From assembly GCF_009914755.1 (NCBI RefSeq), contig NC_060933.1: a stretch of 64,000 bases of DNA; one strand, given 5' to 3'. Positions 41,018 to 54,898 of the stretch are shown here, in pieces. The first letter of the stretch is position 1, and every line of letters begins with the position of its first letter. The stretch is from the human T2T-CHM13v2.0 reference genome, Homo sapiens. A program made the translations under genes and the position numbers. The notes beneath the pieces are model-generated. The model was not told where the DNA came from. It was given only the letters and a program-made list of their open reading frames with translations, and did no database searches.

Positions 41018-41728
41018 AATGCCATACAGATGAGTATGCCCTCACAAAGACATCTCTGATTCTCTGGTTTGAGTCATTCCCACAGTTCTGTTGGAAGAAG
41101 TATGATTAACAGTATACTCTAACTTCTGGCTGCCAGTTGGCCTTAAGGGGGCAATTGCATATGTATTCTCTCATTTAGAATGAGAAATAATGCATCATTA
41201 ACAAATTTAAGATTTTTTTTTCACAGGAACGATAGACCATTTTTTAAAAAGATTTTTCCATTTCCCCCTGTCCTAAATTTGTTTCATTTGTTTGACAGAT
41301 TCCTAGCAAGGATTAATGTGTAAATAGCATAATTTTGGTAGCAAAAATTCCCTTTTCAGTATTGATGTATTTAAATTTTTCATTATTTATTCATTATTTA
41401 TGGTATATAGGTATATATACCATAAAATACACAAATATTCTAAAAAATGAGAAAAAGTGGTTCAAAAATTATTAATTGTATTACTTAGAGATAAATCACT
41501 ATAAAAATGTGAAATTTATATATATAAATAGAAAAATAGAGTGCATAATAATATTAACACAACTTAAAATAAATGAGTTTTTACAACTTTGTTTTGACCA
41601 AAATGAGATGCTTTAGAAATACTCTTTTGTAATCCTTTATCTCCAATTTTTATTGTATAGTGAACATCTTTACACAGCAAGTCCAAATTTATTCCAACAG
41701 CTGAATAGTATTCCACTGTTTAGGTGGA

Positions 41729-41910
41729 GGGCTGCCATGTATTATCATGCAGATTTTCCATTGATCAAGGGTCCGGGACTGAGTTTGTAGATAGAGACTA
41801 AAATCTAGCCCAAATTGCAGTCACCCAGCTCCATAACAATTTGTGCCTGACCAGAGGAACTGTCCTTTTCTAATTGACATGAATTTTCCATATGGGTTGT
41901 GGTGGTCCTG
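41729..41910. mobile_element. MER91-like hAT-Tip100 relic
   Basis: Termini AGGGCTGCCA..GGTGGTCCTG and CCTTTTCTAATT..CCATATGGG motif. Confidence 0.5.
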
Positions 41911-42084
41911 TAGTTTTAATTTACAAGTTTTATAAGCTCATAGTTTAAAATATCCAATAGCTCAACAAGGCTTATTTTCAAATATAGCAGTATCACTGCT
42001 CGAAACCCATCTCTAGTCCCCTTCTTCTTTTTATATTGAGACCTGTCTAGAGTTACATTAAAATTTTTTTCTAGCTATATTAAG

Positions 42085-42240
42085 GTATTTTTAACAAATA
42101 AAATATGTATACATTCAAGATGTACAATGTGATTATACGTATATATGTACACACACACACATTGTGAAATGGTAACCATAATCCAACTAACACATCCTTT
42201 ACTACAGTTACCATTGTGTGGTGTGTGTATGTCTGTGTGT

Positions 42241-42280
<40 letters not shown>

Positions 42281-42410
42281 TGAAAACACGTAAGATCTAC
42301 TCTTTTACCAAATTTCAAGTAAACAGTATGGTAATGTACTGTACTGTAATATACAGTATAGTCACCAAGCTGTACATCACCGGAACTTATTTGTCTTATT
42401 ACTGAAAGTC
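42085..42410 (-). mobile_element. L1M 3' end fragment containing (TG)n at ~42222-42278
   Basis: TACATTCAAGATGTACAATGTGAT..AAGATCTACTCTT..AAATTTCAAGTA..ATAGTCACCAAGCTGTACAT. Confidence 0.8.
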
Positions 42411-45007
42411 CTCCATAATTTTGGTACCTATTACCAATGTCTTCAACTATTTTAGCTATTGCTTCTAAAATTTTCACAAAATTTATTAATAAGATATTTT
42501 TACTCCATATCTTAATTTTTCAGTTTCAGATGTCATTCACTGAACTCCTGCTATGAGAAAAATGTGAATTTCCTTTCTTATAACCAACCACATCACTTCC
42601 AGCATGCCAAATGTATACAAACACAGTGCTCACAATAAAATTGGTAAAATATTTTTACTGAATTGGTATTTATTGTCCATGTGCTTATTACTGCATACAT
42701 TGTATTCATTATCCAAATGATTGTATATATATATGTACATGGGTATTATAATACTATTATTTTTTTTCAAATATTTTTATTTTTAATTTTTGTGGGTACA
42801 CAGTATGTGTATATATTTATGTGACACGAGATATTTTGATACAGGCATACAATGCATAATAATCACATCAGTGTAAATAGAATATCCATCACCTCAAACA
42901 TTTATACTTTCTCTGTGTTACAAACAATCCAATTATACTCAGTTATTTTAAAATGTACAATATATTATTGTTGACTATACTCACTCTGCTGTGCTATTAA
43001 ATACTAGATCTTATTCATTCTATCTAATTATACTTTTGTACTCATTAAACATTCCTCATTCCCTCACCTCTCACTACCATTCACAGCCTCTGGTTACCAT
43101 GATTGTACTCTCTATCTCCATGAGTACAATTGTTTTAAGGTTTAATTCCCACAATAAATGAGAACATGTGAAGTTTGTCTTTCTGTGCAAGCTTATTTCA
43201 CTTCACATAATGACCTCCAGTTCTATCCATGTTGTTGCAAATGACATTATCTCACTCATTTTTATTGCTAAATGGTATTTTATTGTGTATATGTCCTGAA
43301 GGGTTTTGCCAATGTTTTCTTTAAGTAGTTTTATACTTTGAGATGTTAGATTTAAGTCTTTAATTCATTTTGATTAGATTTTCAAACAAGGCAAAAGATA
43401 GGTGCCTAGTTTTACTCTTCTGGATATGGATACTCAGTTTTCACAGCACCACCCATTGAAGAGACTATCTTTTGTCCTATGCATGTTCTTGTATCTTTGT
43501 CTAAATAAGTTCCTGTATATGTATGGATTTATATCTGAGTTCCCTGTCCTGCTTCTCTGATCTATGTGTTTGTTTTTATACGATGCTGTCCTGGTTACAA
43601 TATCTCTGTAGTATAAAATCAAGTAATATGATTCCTAGTTTTGTTCTTTTGGCTCAGGATGGCTTTGACTATCGAGTCTTTTGTGCTTCCATATCTACTT
43701 TAGGGCTATTTTTTCTACTTCTGTGAAGAATGTTACTGGATTTTGATATGGATTGCATTGAATCTATAGATCTCTTTACATAGTATGGATATTTTAACAA
43801 TATTGATTCTTCTAATCCATGAATATGGAATAACTTTACTCTTTTTGTGCCCTTTTAAATTTCTTGCATTAATGTTTTATAGTTTTTATTATAGAGATTT
43901 TTTACTTATTTGGTTGTTTATTCCTAAATATGTTGATTTTGTATCCTGCAACATTACTGAATTTGCTTATCAGATCAAACAGTTTTTTGGTCGAGTCTTA
44001 GGTTTTCCCAAATATAAGATTATATCTGCACGCAAAAATAATTTGAATTATCTCTTTTCCATTTGGATTCCCTTTATTTCTTTCTCTTGTCTGATTTCTC
44101 TAGCCAGGATTTCCAGTACCCTGTTGAATAACAGTCGTGAAAATGGGCAATCTTGTGTTCCATGTCTTAGAGGAAGAGCTTTCAGGTTTTCTCCATTCGG
44201 TATAATACTACATATGAGTCTGTCATATATGGCTTTTGTTGTGTTAAGGTATGTTCGTTCTATACCCAGCTTTTTAAGGGTTTTTATCATGAAGAAATGT
44301 TGAGTATTATCAAATGCTTTTTCTGCACCAGTTGAAAAGCTCATATATTTTTGTCTTTCTTTCTGTTGATATGATGCATCACATTGACTTGTGTATAAAA
44401 AAAGCGCAGGAGTGAACCAAATCCAAAATATTGAACCATCCTTGCATCCCTGGGTAAATCCACTTAGTCATGATGAACGATATTTTTAATGTGCTCTTGA
44501 ATTTGGTTTGCTAGTATTTGTTGAAGATTTTTGCTCAATGTTCATTAGGAATTTTGGCCTGTGGTTTTCTTTTTTGATGTGTCTTTGTCTTGGTATCAGG
44601 GTAATTCTGGCCTCATAGAATGAGTTTGGAAGTATTCCCTCCTTCTCTATTTTTCAGAATAGTTTGATTAGGATTGATATTAATTCTCCTTTAAGTGTTT
44701 GATAAAATTCAGCAGTGAGGCTGCTGGGTCCAAGGCTTTTCTTTGCTGGGAGACTTTTTATTATGACTTTGATCTCATTACATGTTATTGGTCTGTTCAG
44801 GTTTTGGATTTCTTTGTGAGTCAACCTTGGTAGGTTGAATGTGTGTAGGAATTTATCTATTTCTTTTAGGTTTTCCAATTTCTTGTGTAGAGTTGCTCAT
44901 AGTAGCCACTAATGATCTTTTCACTTTCTGCAGTATCAGTTGGAATGTCTCAGTTTTCACCTCTGATTTTATTTATTTAGGTCTTCTCTCTTTTTTTCTT
45001 AGGTTAG

Positions 45008-45536
<529 letters not shown>

Positions 45537-46689
45537 TGATGTATCATTAGGTTTCTTATTTGAAGTGTTTCTACCTTTTAGATTTAGGTGCTTATTGCTA
45601 TAAACTTTCCTCTTAGTACTGCTTATGCTGTATCCAACAGGTTTTGGTATGCCATCATCTTTTTTTTTTTTTTTAGAGAAATTTTTCAACTTTTTTCTTA
45701 ATTTTTTTATATCAACTCACTGGTCATTCAGGATCATATGATTTAATTTATTGTCTATGTATAGTTTCAATATTCATCTTGGTATTGATTTCCAGTTTTA
45801 TTCCAGAATAAGTATCTTCTCTGTGTTCAGAGAAGATACTTGATATAATTTTAATTTTTTGAATATTTTAAGACTTGTTTTGTGGCCTTATATATGGTCT
45901 ATCCCTGAGAATGATGCATGTGTTGAGGAGAAGAATGTGTATTCTGTAGCCGTTGGGTAAAATGTTCTGTATCTATTAGATCCATTTGGTCTATAGTGCA
46001 GATTATGTCTGATATTTTTTGTTAATTTTCTCTCTGGATAAACTCTCTAATGCTGAAAGTAGGATGTTGAAATCTCCAGCTCTTATTGTACTGAGGTCTA
46101 TCTCTCGCTTTAGCTCTAACAACATTTGCTTTCTATATCTGGGTGCTCCAGTATTGGATACATGTATGTTTACAATTGTTATATCCTCTTGCTGAATTGA
46201 CCCTTGTTCATTATATAATGACCTTCTTTGTGTCATCTTATAGTTTTTGTCTTGAAATCCATTTTGTCTGGTATAAGAATAGCTACTCCTGCTTTTTTTT
46301 TTTTAATTTCCCTTGGCATGGAATATCTTTTACCATCCTTTTATTTTCAATCAAACGTGTCTTTCTAGGTGAAGTATATTTCTGGTAGGCAACAGATTGT
46401 TGGGACTTTTGTTTTTTATGTATTCAGCCACTCTATGTCTTTTGATGGGAAGAGTTTAGTTCATTTACATTCAAATTATTATTGATAAGTAAGGACTTAC
46501 TCCTGCCTGTTTGTTTATTTGTTTTCAGATTGTTTTGTGGTCTTCTTTTCCTTCCTTCCTTCCTGTCCTCCTTTTAGTGAAGGTGATTTTCTTTGGTTGT
46601 CTTAATTTCTTTCTTTTTTTTGTATATATCTGTTATATGTTTTTAAATTTGAGGTTACCATGAGAGTGCACATCACATTTTTAACCTAT

Positions 46690-47512
46690 AATTATTTATT
46701 TTATTTTATTTCTAATTATCCAACTTTATTTTCCAACCGCGGAGTCAAGAGATGTCACAGCCGCTAGGGCGAATGTACAACTTCTGCAGCTTTCAAAACC
46801 AGGCGGGAAGCTACATGACTGCACAAAAGACAAGACATGAGGTGCACAATTCAGGAAGAAATGGCTGGGTCTCTTCAACAATATTAGTTTAGAGCATTTT
46901 AAGGTAACACATACCCTAGTACTGCTTACAAGTCAAAGGAGAAAGGGCGAGGCATCCGTCATATATCACATCCCTTCGAACAGGGAAATGAGCATCAATT
47001 CTGTGCGAACAGCATCTTCGGATTACACATCAGCTTGTTTCACTTCGACTTCCATGGCAGCTGCAGCAGAAGCAGCCATGGTTCCACCACTTTCTGCCTC
47101 TGCTGCCTTTGTCTCAGCCCCACTTCCAGCCTCCACAGCCTCACTTCTGGCCTCGCGGCCCCCTACTCAGATGCTGTTACACAGAGCATCTGCTCTTCCA
47201 GCAGCTGTTCAGCTTGAGGATCACTACTGTTGTCGGCTGTATCCACGGGGCCTTCACAATCGCCTTGCTCTCCAGAGCAGTGCTCCTTTCCCATCTACAG
47301 CCCTCACTGCTGTTGTAATCTCCTGGGCCAAGATGTCTGCTGCCACCTCCTCAGGTGTCTCTTCCGTATCCTCACCTCCTAAATTGCCATCTCCTCCCAT
47401 TTCTGTATCACCAGTTTCACTGGTGTAAGGGGCCTCACACCTGAGGTATCTGTCTGTTGTTCAAGAAACTCTTAGCCACATGGAGACTGGTTTTCTTGAA
47501 CTGTTCAGCAGC
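46690..47512 (-). pseudogene. AKAP8 retrocopy 3' segment: C-terminal codons, ~285-nt 3'UTR, AATAAA, poly(A)
   Basis: Minus strand reads [38 protein letters not shown]; former stop ~46995-46997; AATAAA at 46725-46730, then degenerate A tail. Confidence 0.92.
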
Positions 47513-48859
47513 TGGCCCAGTCTCATAGGAGGCCACCAAGGCAAGCAAAGGTGGCCTGGTGGCCGGGGCCACTTCCATGCACATGGCCTCTTATGGCCCA
47601 GAGCGGGGCACCTACAATTGCAACTCCCTCACTGCCAAGATCAACCAGCTTTTGGACATGATGTCCAAGGAAGAAGGCAGTGGGGGGAGCGGCCACGGTG
47701 GGGAGGGCGTGCAGGACCAGGAGAGCTCCTTCCACTTGCAGACCTTGGAGTCCTGTGACTCCATGGCCTGCCTGCCAGAGCACAGCCCCTACTGCCCCAG
47801 CTACAGCTACGACTATGACTTCGACCTGGGGTTCCATCGCAATGGCAGCTTTCGGGGGCAGTACAGTGAATGTTGAGACTTGGCCCTGGAGTAGGGCTCC
47901 CTCAATGGCTTCATGCCGGGCGAGGCCAGGGCCATTTCCAGGACCAGAGCAATCCCGGCACCTTCATGTGCAACGACCCCTTCTAGCCACCCTCAGCCTC
48001 CCCTGATCCTCTATCTACGCCCTAGAAAGAGCTGAACTACGTGAGTGGATGGGGTCTGGAAAGGCCCTCTCCCCAGCCAATGGCCTCCTTGGCTCTTCTC
48101 CCTGTCCATGGTTCCTGACTAAGGCTTGATGGGCATGCAGGAGGCGGGTGGCTATGACAGCGCTGGCCTTAAGGATGTGGTCACTTGCAGGGCCAGATGC
48201 AGGATCAGGATCCACCCAGAAGGAGAGGGTTTGACCCGTTTGGGCTAGATGGCATGGGAAGGAAACAGAAGCAGTTCCAGAATTGTAAGGAGCCAGACGC
48301 CAAACTAGCCTGGGTTGACAGTGAAGGAGATTTCTCAGAAAATGATAACAAAGCTGGTGACTTCCACTCAGAAGATGAAGAATTCAAAGGTGAGGATGAA
48401 TTCTGTGACTCTGGTAGGCAGAGAGAAGGACCACGAGGATGAGGAAGTGAAAAAGATAAGGGAAAAATAAAGGAGGAGAGACAGGATGCAGGACTGAGCA
48501 ACCGACAGGATTCAGTTGGCCTCTTCTGTGTGCAATTTCCGTAGATTTGAAGACGAAGAGATCCAGAAGCATCTGCAAAGCGAATTTCACAAAGAGACGC
48601 TGCAGTTTATAAGCACCAAGCTGCCCAACAAGACAATGGAATTCATCCGGGAATACATTATAAACAGGAATAAAAAAATTGAGAAGAAGCGTCAGGAATT
48701 GATGGAGAAAGAAAGCACAAAACAAAAACCAGATCCTTTCAAAGAGATTGGCCAGGAGCACTTTAAGAAGATCCAGGCTGCTCACTGCCTGGCCTGCGCC
48801 GTGCTGATCCCAGCGCAGCCACAGCTTCTCCAGCCACACCTGCACTTCCTTGACCTCAA
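47513..48859 (+). pseudogene. AKAP8 retrocopy inverted segment (approx. codons 55-510, including AKAP95-type zinc fingers)
   Basis: ORFs 47559-47876, 48185-48442 and 48516-48890 are successive broken frames of AKAP8. Confidence 0.93.
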
Positions 48860-49333
48860 TAACCTATTTTTTAAATTAATGGCAACTTAACATTGAATGC
48901 ATAAACAAACAGGCAAAGTGAAAACTAATAAAAACTCTACACTGCAACTTCATCTCCCTGCTGTATAATTTTTTGTGGTTGTCTTATTATATGTCTTACT
49001 ATACTATGTCTTGAAAATTTGTTGTATTTCTTACTTTTGATAGTTTCATCTATTAGTCTTTCTACTCAAGGTATGAGTAGTTTATGCACCAGAATTACAG
49101 TGTTATGATATTCTGTGTTTTTCTGTGTGCTCACTATTACAGGTGAATTTTGTGCAATATCTTCAGATGAGATGAATTATTATTGCTCATAAACATCATT
49201 TTATTTCAGATTGAAGAACTCCCTTGAGCATTTTTTGTAAAATAGGTCTGATGTTATAAAATCCCTCAGTTTTTCTTTGCCTGGGAAAGTCTTTATTGTT
49301 CCTTCATGTTTAAAGGATATTTTTATTGGATAT

Positions 49334-49843
49334 TGCTGAGACCAGCTCTGTCGTGGAGACCCCAACCCAGTGACACTAGAGGAATTAAAGATACACACAC
49401 AGAAATATTGCATGTGGAATGGGAAATCAGTGGTCTCACAGCCTTCAGAGCTGAGAGCCTTGAACAGAGATTTACCCATATATTTATCGACAGCAAGCCA
49501 GTGATAAGCATTGTTTTTATAGATTATAGATTAAATAAAGGTATTCCTTATGGGAAATAAAGGGATGGGCCAAAACAAAGGGATGGGTTTGGCTAGTTAC
49601 CTGCAGCAGGAATATGTCCTTAAGGTGCAGATCACTCATGCTATTGTTTGTGGTTCAGGAATGCCTTTAAGCAGTTTTCTGCCCTGGGTGGGCCAGTTAT
49701 TCCTTGCCCTCATTCTGGTAAACCCACAACCTTCCAGCATGGGCATCATGGCCATCATGAACATATCACAGTGCTGCAGAGATTTTGTTTATGGCCAGTT
49801 TTGGGGCCAGTTTATGGCCAGATTTGGGGGCCTGTTCCCAACA
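49334..49843 (-). mobile_element. MER9 solo LTR (HERV-K HML-3 / HERVK9)
   Basis: Minus strand begins TGTTGGGAACAGGCCCCCAAATCTGGCCATAAACTGGCCCCAAAACTGGCCATAAAC; 510 bp; TSD GATAT at 49329-49333 and 49844-49848. Confidence 0.92.
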
Positions 49844-50187
49844 GATATACTATTCTAGGATAATTTTTTTCCAATGCTATGTGTATGTCATGCCATTCTC
49901 TACTGGCCTGTAAGCTTTCCACTGGGAAGTCTGCTGCCAGACATATTGAAGATCTTTGTATGTTACTTGTTTCTTTTATTTTGCTGCTTTTAGGATCATT
50001 TCTTTATCCTTGACCTTTGGAAATTTGATTATTGAATGTCTCAAGGTGGTCTTCTTTGGGTGAAATCCACTTGATGTTCTATAACTTTCGTGTGCTTGGA
50101 TATTGATATATTTCTCCAGGTTTGAGAAGTTCTCTGTTATTATCCCTTTGAATAAACTTTCTACCCCAATCACTCTCTCTACCTTCT

Positions 50188-50494
50188 TTTTTCTTTTTTT
50201 TTTTTTTTTTTGATGGAGTTTTGCTCTTGTTGCCCTGGCTAGAGTGCAATGGCGTGATTTTGGCTCACTTCAACCTCCTCCTCCCAGGTTCAAGCAACTC
50301 TCCTGCCTCAGCCTCCTGAGTAGCTGGGATTACAGACATTTGTCACCATGGCCAGCTAATATTTTTGTATTTTTAGTAGAGATGGGGTTTCCTCATGTTG
50401 ATCAGGCTGGTCTTGAACTCCTGATCTCAGGTGATCCACCTACCTCAGCTTCCCAAAGTGCTAGGATTACAGGCATGAGCCACCCTGCCTGGCC
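50188..50494 (-). mobile_element. AluS (Sq/Sp-like)
   Basis: Dimer with T tail; TSD TACCTTCT at 50180-50187 and 50495-50502. Confidence 0.94.
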
Positions 50495-53429
50495 TACCTT
50501 CTCTTTAAGGTCAGTAACTCTTAGATTTACCCCTTGGAGGCTATTTTCTGGATCTTGTAGATCTGGTTCATTCTTTTGTATTCTTTTTTCTTTTCTCTCC
50601 TTTGACTATGTGTTTTTAAATAGCCTGTCTTCAAACTCCTTAATTCTTTCTTATACCTGATCACTTTTACTGTTAAGAGACTCTAATGCATTTTTATGTA
50701 TGCAGTTGCATTTCTCAGCTCCAGAGTTTCTTCTTGATTTCAAAAAGTATTTCAATCTCTGTTAAATTTCTGTAACAGGATTCTGAATTCCTTCTCTGTC
50801 TTATCTTGACTTTCACTGAGCTCTTCCATAGAGATATTTTTAATCTACTCTCTGCAAGTTTACATATTTCTGCCTCTCTGGGATTGGTCACTAGTGCCTT
50901 AGGTAGTTCATTTGGTGAGGTCACATTTTCCTTGATTGTCTTGATACTTATGGATATTTTTCAGTGTCTTGGAACTGAAGAGCTAGATATTTCTTGTAGT
51001 CTTCACAGTCTGGGCTTCTTTGTACCTGTTTCTATTGGGAAGGCTTTCCAAATATTCAAAGGTACTTGGTTGCTGTGATCTAAGTCTTTTGTCACTGCAC
51101 TGTATCTGCATTAGAGGGCATCCCAAGCCCAGTAATACACTAGTTCTTGGAGGCTCATAGAGGTAGCACCGTGGTGCTCTTGGGTCAGATTTGGGATAAT
51201 TCTCTGGATTACCAGTCAGAGATCCTTGTTCTCTTCCCTTACTTTCTCCCAAATGGAATCTTTATTACTGTGCTGAGCTGCCTGAGGGGTGACAATAGCA
51301 CCCCTGTGAGCATCACCACTGGGACTGCACTGAGTCTGACCCAAAGCCAGCACAGTACTGAGTCTCACCCAGGGCCTGCAGTGACCACTACCTATTTACC
51401 ACCTATGTTTTCTCAATGTCCAAGGGCTCCACAATCAGTAGGTGGCAAATCTGGTCAGGCTTCTCCTCTTCCATTCAGAGAGGTGAGTTATCCCAGTCCC
51501 TGGGTAGGTCTAGAAATGGTGCGCAGTAGTCAGGTCCTGGAGTTGGGAACCTAGGAATCTACTTGGTGCTCTAGCTAATGTGGCACCCAAGCTGCAAGAT
51601 TTTTCCAACTTTTCCTCCCCTTTCCTCAAGTAGAGAAGACTCTCTCTGTGGCCATCACTGCCACAGGCCTGCAGCAAATACTGCCTGCCTAGTGCTGATG
51701 TTCAGTCATGGCCCAAGGTTTCTTCAGTTCACTTGTGGTGAATACTGACAGGCCTGCGTCTCTTGCTTCAGGGCAGTGGGCTCCCTTCTGGCCTAGGGCA
51801 GGTCCAGAAATACCATGCAGGAGCCAAGGTCTGGAATCAGGGACAGCAGAATCCCACTTGTGGCTGAGCTGGCACCCAAGCTGCAAGAAAAAGTCCCCTT
51901 TACTCTTCCCTCTCCTTTCCTCAAGCAGGAGTCTCTCCCCATAGCCACCACAGATGGAAATGTGCCAAGTCACACCTGAAGCCAGCATGGCTCTGAGTCT
52001 CGCCCAAGGCCCATGGTAATACTGCCTGGCTATCGCTGCTAGTTATTCATGACCCAAGGGCTCTTTACTCAGCAGGTGATGAATCCTGTCAGGAATGTAT
52101 CCTTCCTTCCCTTCAAGGCAGCAGGTTCTCTTCTGGCTCAGGGTGTGTCTAGAGATGTCATCCAGGAGCTAGGGCCTGGAAAGGGGGCCTCAGAACTCTG
52201 CCTGGTGACTTCTTCTGTGGCTAAGCTAGTATTCCATTCACAAGACAATTCCTATTTACTCTTCTCTCTCCTCTCCTCATGTGGAAGGAAGGAGTCTCTC
52301 CTGGATCTGCAAGCTCTACTGTCTTGGGTTGGAGAAGGGGTGATGTAAGCACTCTTTTAGCCACCTCAGTTGATGTCTCACTAGATTGCATGCACCCCAA
52401 ATTTACTGGCTCCAAGTTCAGCACAGCACCAGGACTTGCCCAGGAATGCTATTCTTTGTGGCTGAAACTGCCATCCAAGTTCATTTAGAACCCCAGAACC
52501 CTTTAGCCTGTGGTGATGTGGCTTGCTGGAACTCAAATTCCTACTGCTGGGGCTGGCCTAAATAATCCGTCCATGGGCGCTGACTGAGTCCTGCCCCTTC
52601 TTGCTTTCTGCTGTGACAGGGCAGCACTGAGTTCCAATGCAATATTCCACAATCACTGTGCTCTCCCTCCTGCAAGCACACAGATTTTCTCTCCGCATCA
52701 CGTGGCTGCTGCTGGGAGGTGGAGAGGGGTAGTGTAGGTGATTTAAGATTGTCTTTTTTAGCCTCTTTCCTTAATATGATGTTAAAACCAGGTACTGTGA
52801 TTGCTTGCCTGATTTTTGGTTCTTACGAAGGTGTTTCTTTGTGTGGATAGTTGTTCAATCTGGTGTTCCTGTTTGGGGGAAGATTGCTGGAGTATTCTGT
52901 TCAGCCATCTTGTTTTGCCTCACTCTTCTCTGTTTTCTATTTTTATATATTTTTTGTTGTAACTGCACTTAACAATTATTTTGTTTCCTTATTTTCTTAT
53001 AGGGGATTAAATATTACTTCCCATTAATTCATCCCATACCTCTTCTCCAGAACTATAATTATAGTTTCATTATGTCCATACATTATGTAATTCATTGGTT
53101 TAATTTTGTTCTTCGATAAATACTTCTTGAGGCCCTCTCCTTTTCTTCTCTAATCTGAAGTTTATTCTCGAATTCTGTGGGATAGCTTATGTCTTGTCAC
53201 TTTGGGATTGACATTTAACTTCATCCTAGCAATTCCTATCAACTCCTTCCTGCATTGAACCCCTCCCCCCTTTTTTGTTTTCATTTCTTCTTTACTCTTA
53301 ATTTATGGCTTTAATTTTAATGGGCTATATCTTATAGTAGCACATTGGAAATTATTTGAAGAAAAGTAAATTTCTTGAGGATTTGTGTGTCTGTTAAAAA
53401 AATAATTGTGACAACAACTTTCTGAGAAC

Positions 53430-53640
53430 TTCTTAGATGCCATACTCTACTCTTTGCATTTTATGTGTGTTTACTTATTTAATCCTCAAAACAACCCAGT
53501 AAGAGAATTAATTATTGATTTCCTGGGAAAAATAAAAACTTAAGAAATTGAAATTTAAGCCCCAAGATATGTAGAAGTTTGCTGTTCCAGAATTAAAACC
53601 CCTGAAATCCGACTCTAAAGTTTGTGTTTTAGCCCTACAG
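53430..53640 (-). mobile_element. MIR
   Basis: TTATTTAATCCTCAAAACAACCC..AAAACT..CCGACTCTAAAG core motifs. Confidence 0.6.
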
Positions 53641-54480
53641 TATGCAAACACCCAACAGCATTATTCTACCATCACATGTGATAAGTAATTATATTTGATG
53701 CAGAATTCTAGCTTCCAGTGTCACTGACATATTGTTTCTCTTTTTATTATTATTTCTTCTGAAATTCCTATTGTTTATGTATTGTGTGTGGGTCATCTGG
53801 TTTTGTCATCTCTTCACATGTTTTTTTCCATTTCTGTTCTGAGAAGTTTTGTAACTTTATTTTCCAACACTTTACTATTGAGTTTTTAATTTTTTCTAAT
53901 ATATTTTAAATTTCAAATATTTTTTCTTTTTCTTAATCCCTTTTTCTATATTTATAAACAGTATCTTTTTGTCTTTTATATATATATTAACTGCAGATGT
54001 TCTCTGTTTGATAATCTTGCTGAGCTTTTTCTTGGGGAAATTCAACTGTCAAACTCTCTCAGTTTCTCTAGAGAGGAATTATTTATCATGCTGCCTGAAG
54101 ACTGCAAACCCAGTAGCCAATGTTCTCACAGCTGAGTGGAGGAGGTGGTTTTACTACTCTCTATATAGATTTCCACAGATGCCCACCTTTCCACATAGTA
54201 TTTTCATCCTCGCTATGCTTGGGTCCCCAAGTCTAAAGCAATATCTGACTTAACCTCTTTAGACAACTGACCTTCAGTTTAAAGCATATGATTATTCCTT
54301 ACACAGATTTCCAAACAATCCTCCTTTTTATTAGCCAAACATACACCCAACTATCAGAAGTGCCTCCAATTTATGCAGTTCTGTGATTCAAATGTGTTTT
54401 TGCTGGGTTCTACGCATTGTTGCATTAGAATGCACTTTCTTCTAGTTCTAATCAGTTATCATGTGTTCATTTATTTTTGG

Positions 54481-54898
<418 letters not shown>

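Larger units (their letters stand above)
46690..48859. pseudogene. AKAP8P1: AKAP8 (AKAP95) processed pseudogene, 5'-truncated and 5'-inverted
   Basis: Intronless; peptides [61 protein letters not shown] match AKAP8; stops and frameshifts; poly(A) remnant; TSD TAACCTAT at 46682-46689 and 48860-48867. The P1 designation is from recall. Confidence 0.93.

Noticed and set aside
46988-47428. 146-aa Ala/Ser-rich plus-strand ORF
   Set aside because: Antisense reading of the AKAP8 C-terminal coding segment.
47559-48890. Functional AKAP8-like retrogene
   Set aside because: N-terminus missing, in-frame stops, frameshifts, first zinc-finger Cys lost, C-terminus on the opposite strand.
51380-52330. ~300-bp imperfect tandem repeats (GGCACCCAAGCTGCAAGA..)
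   Set aside because: Lie within the old L1 5'UTR, where such repeats are an expected family feature.
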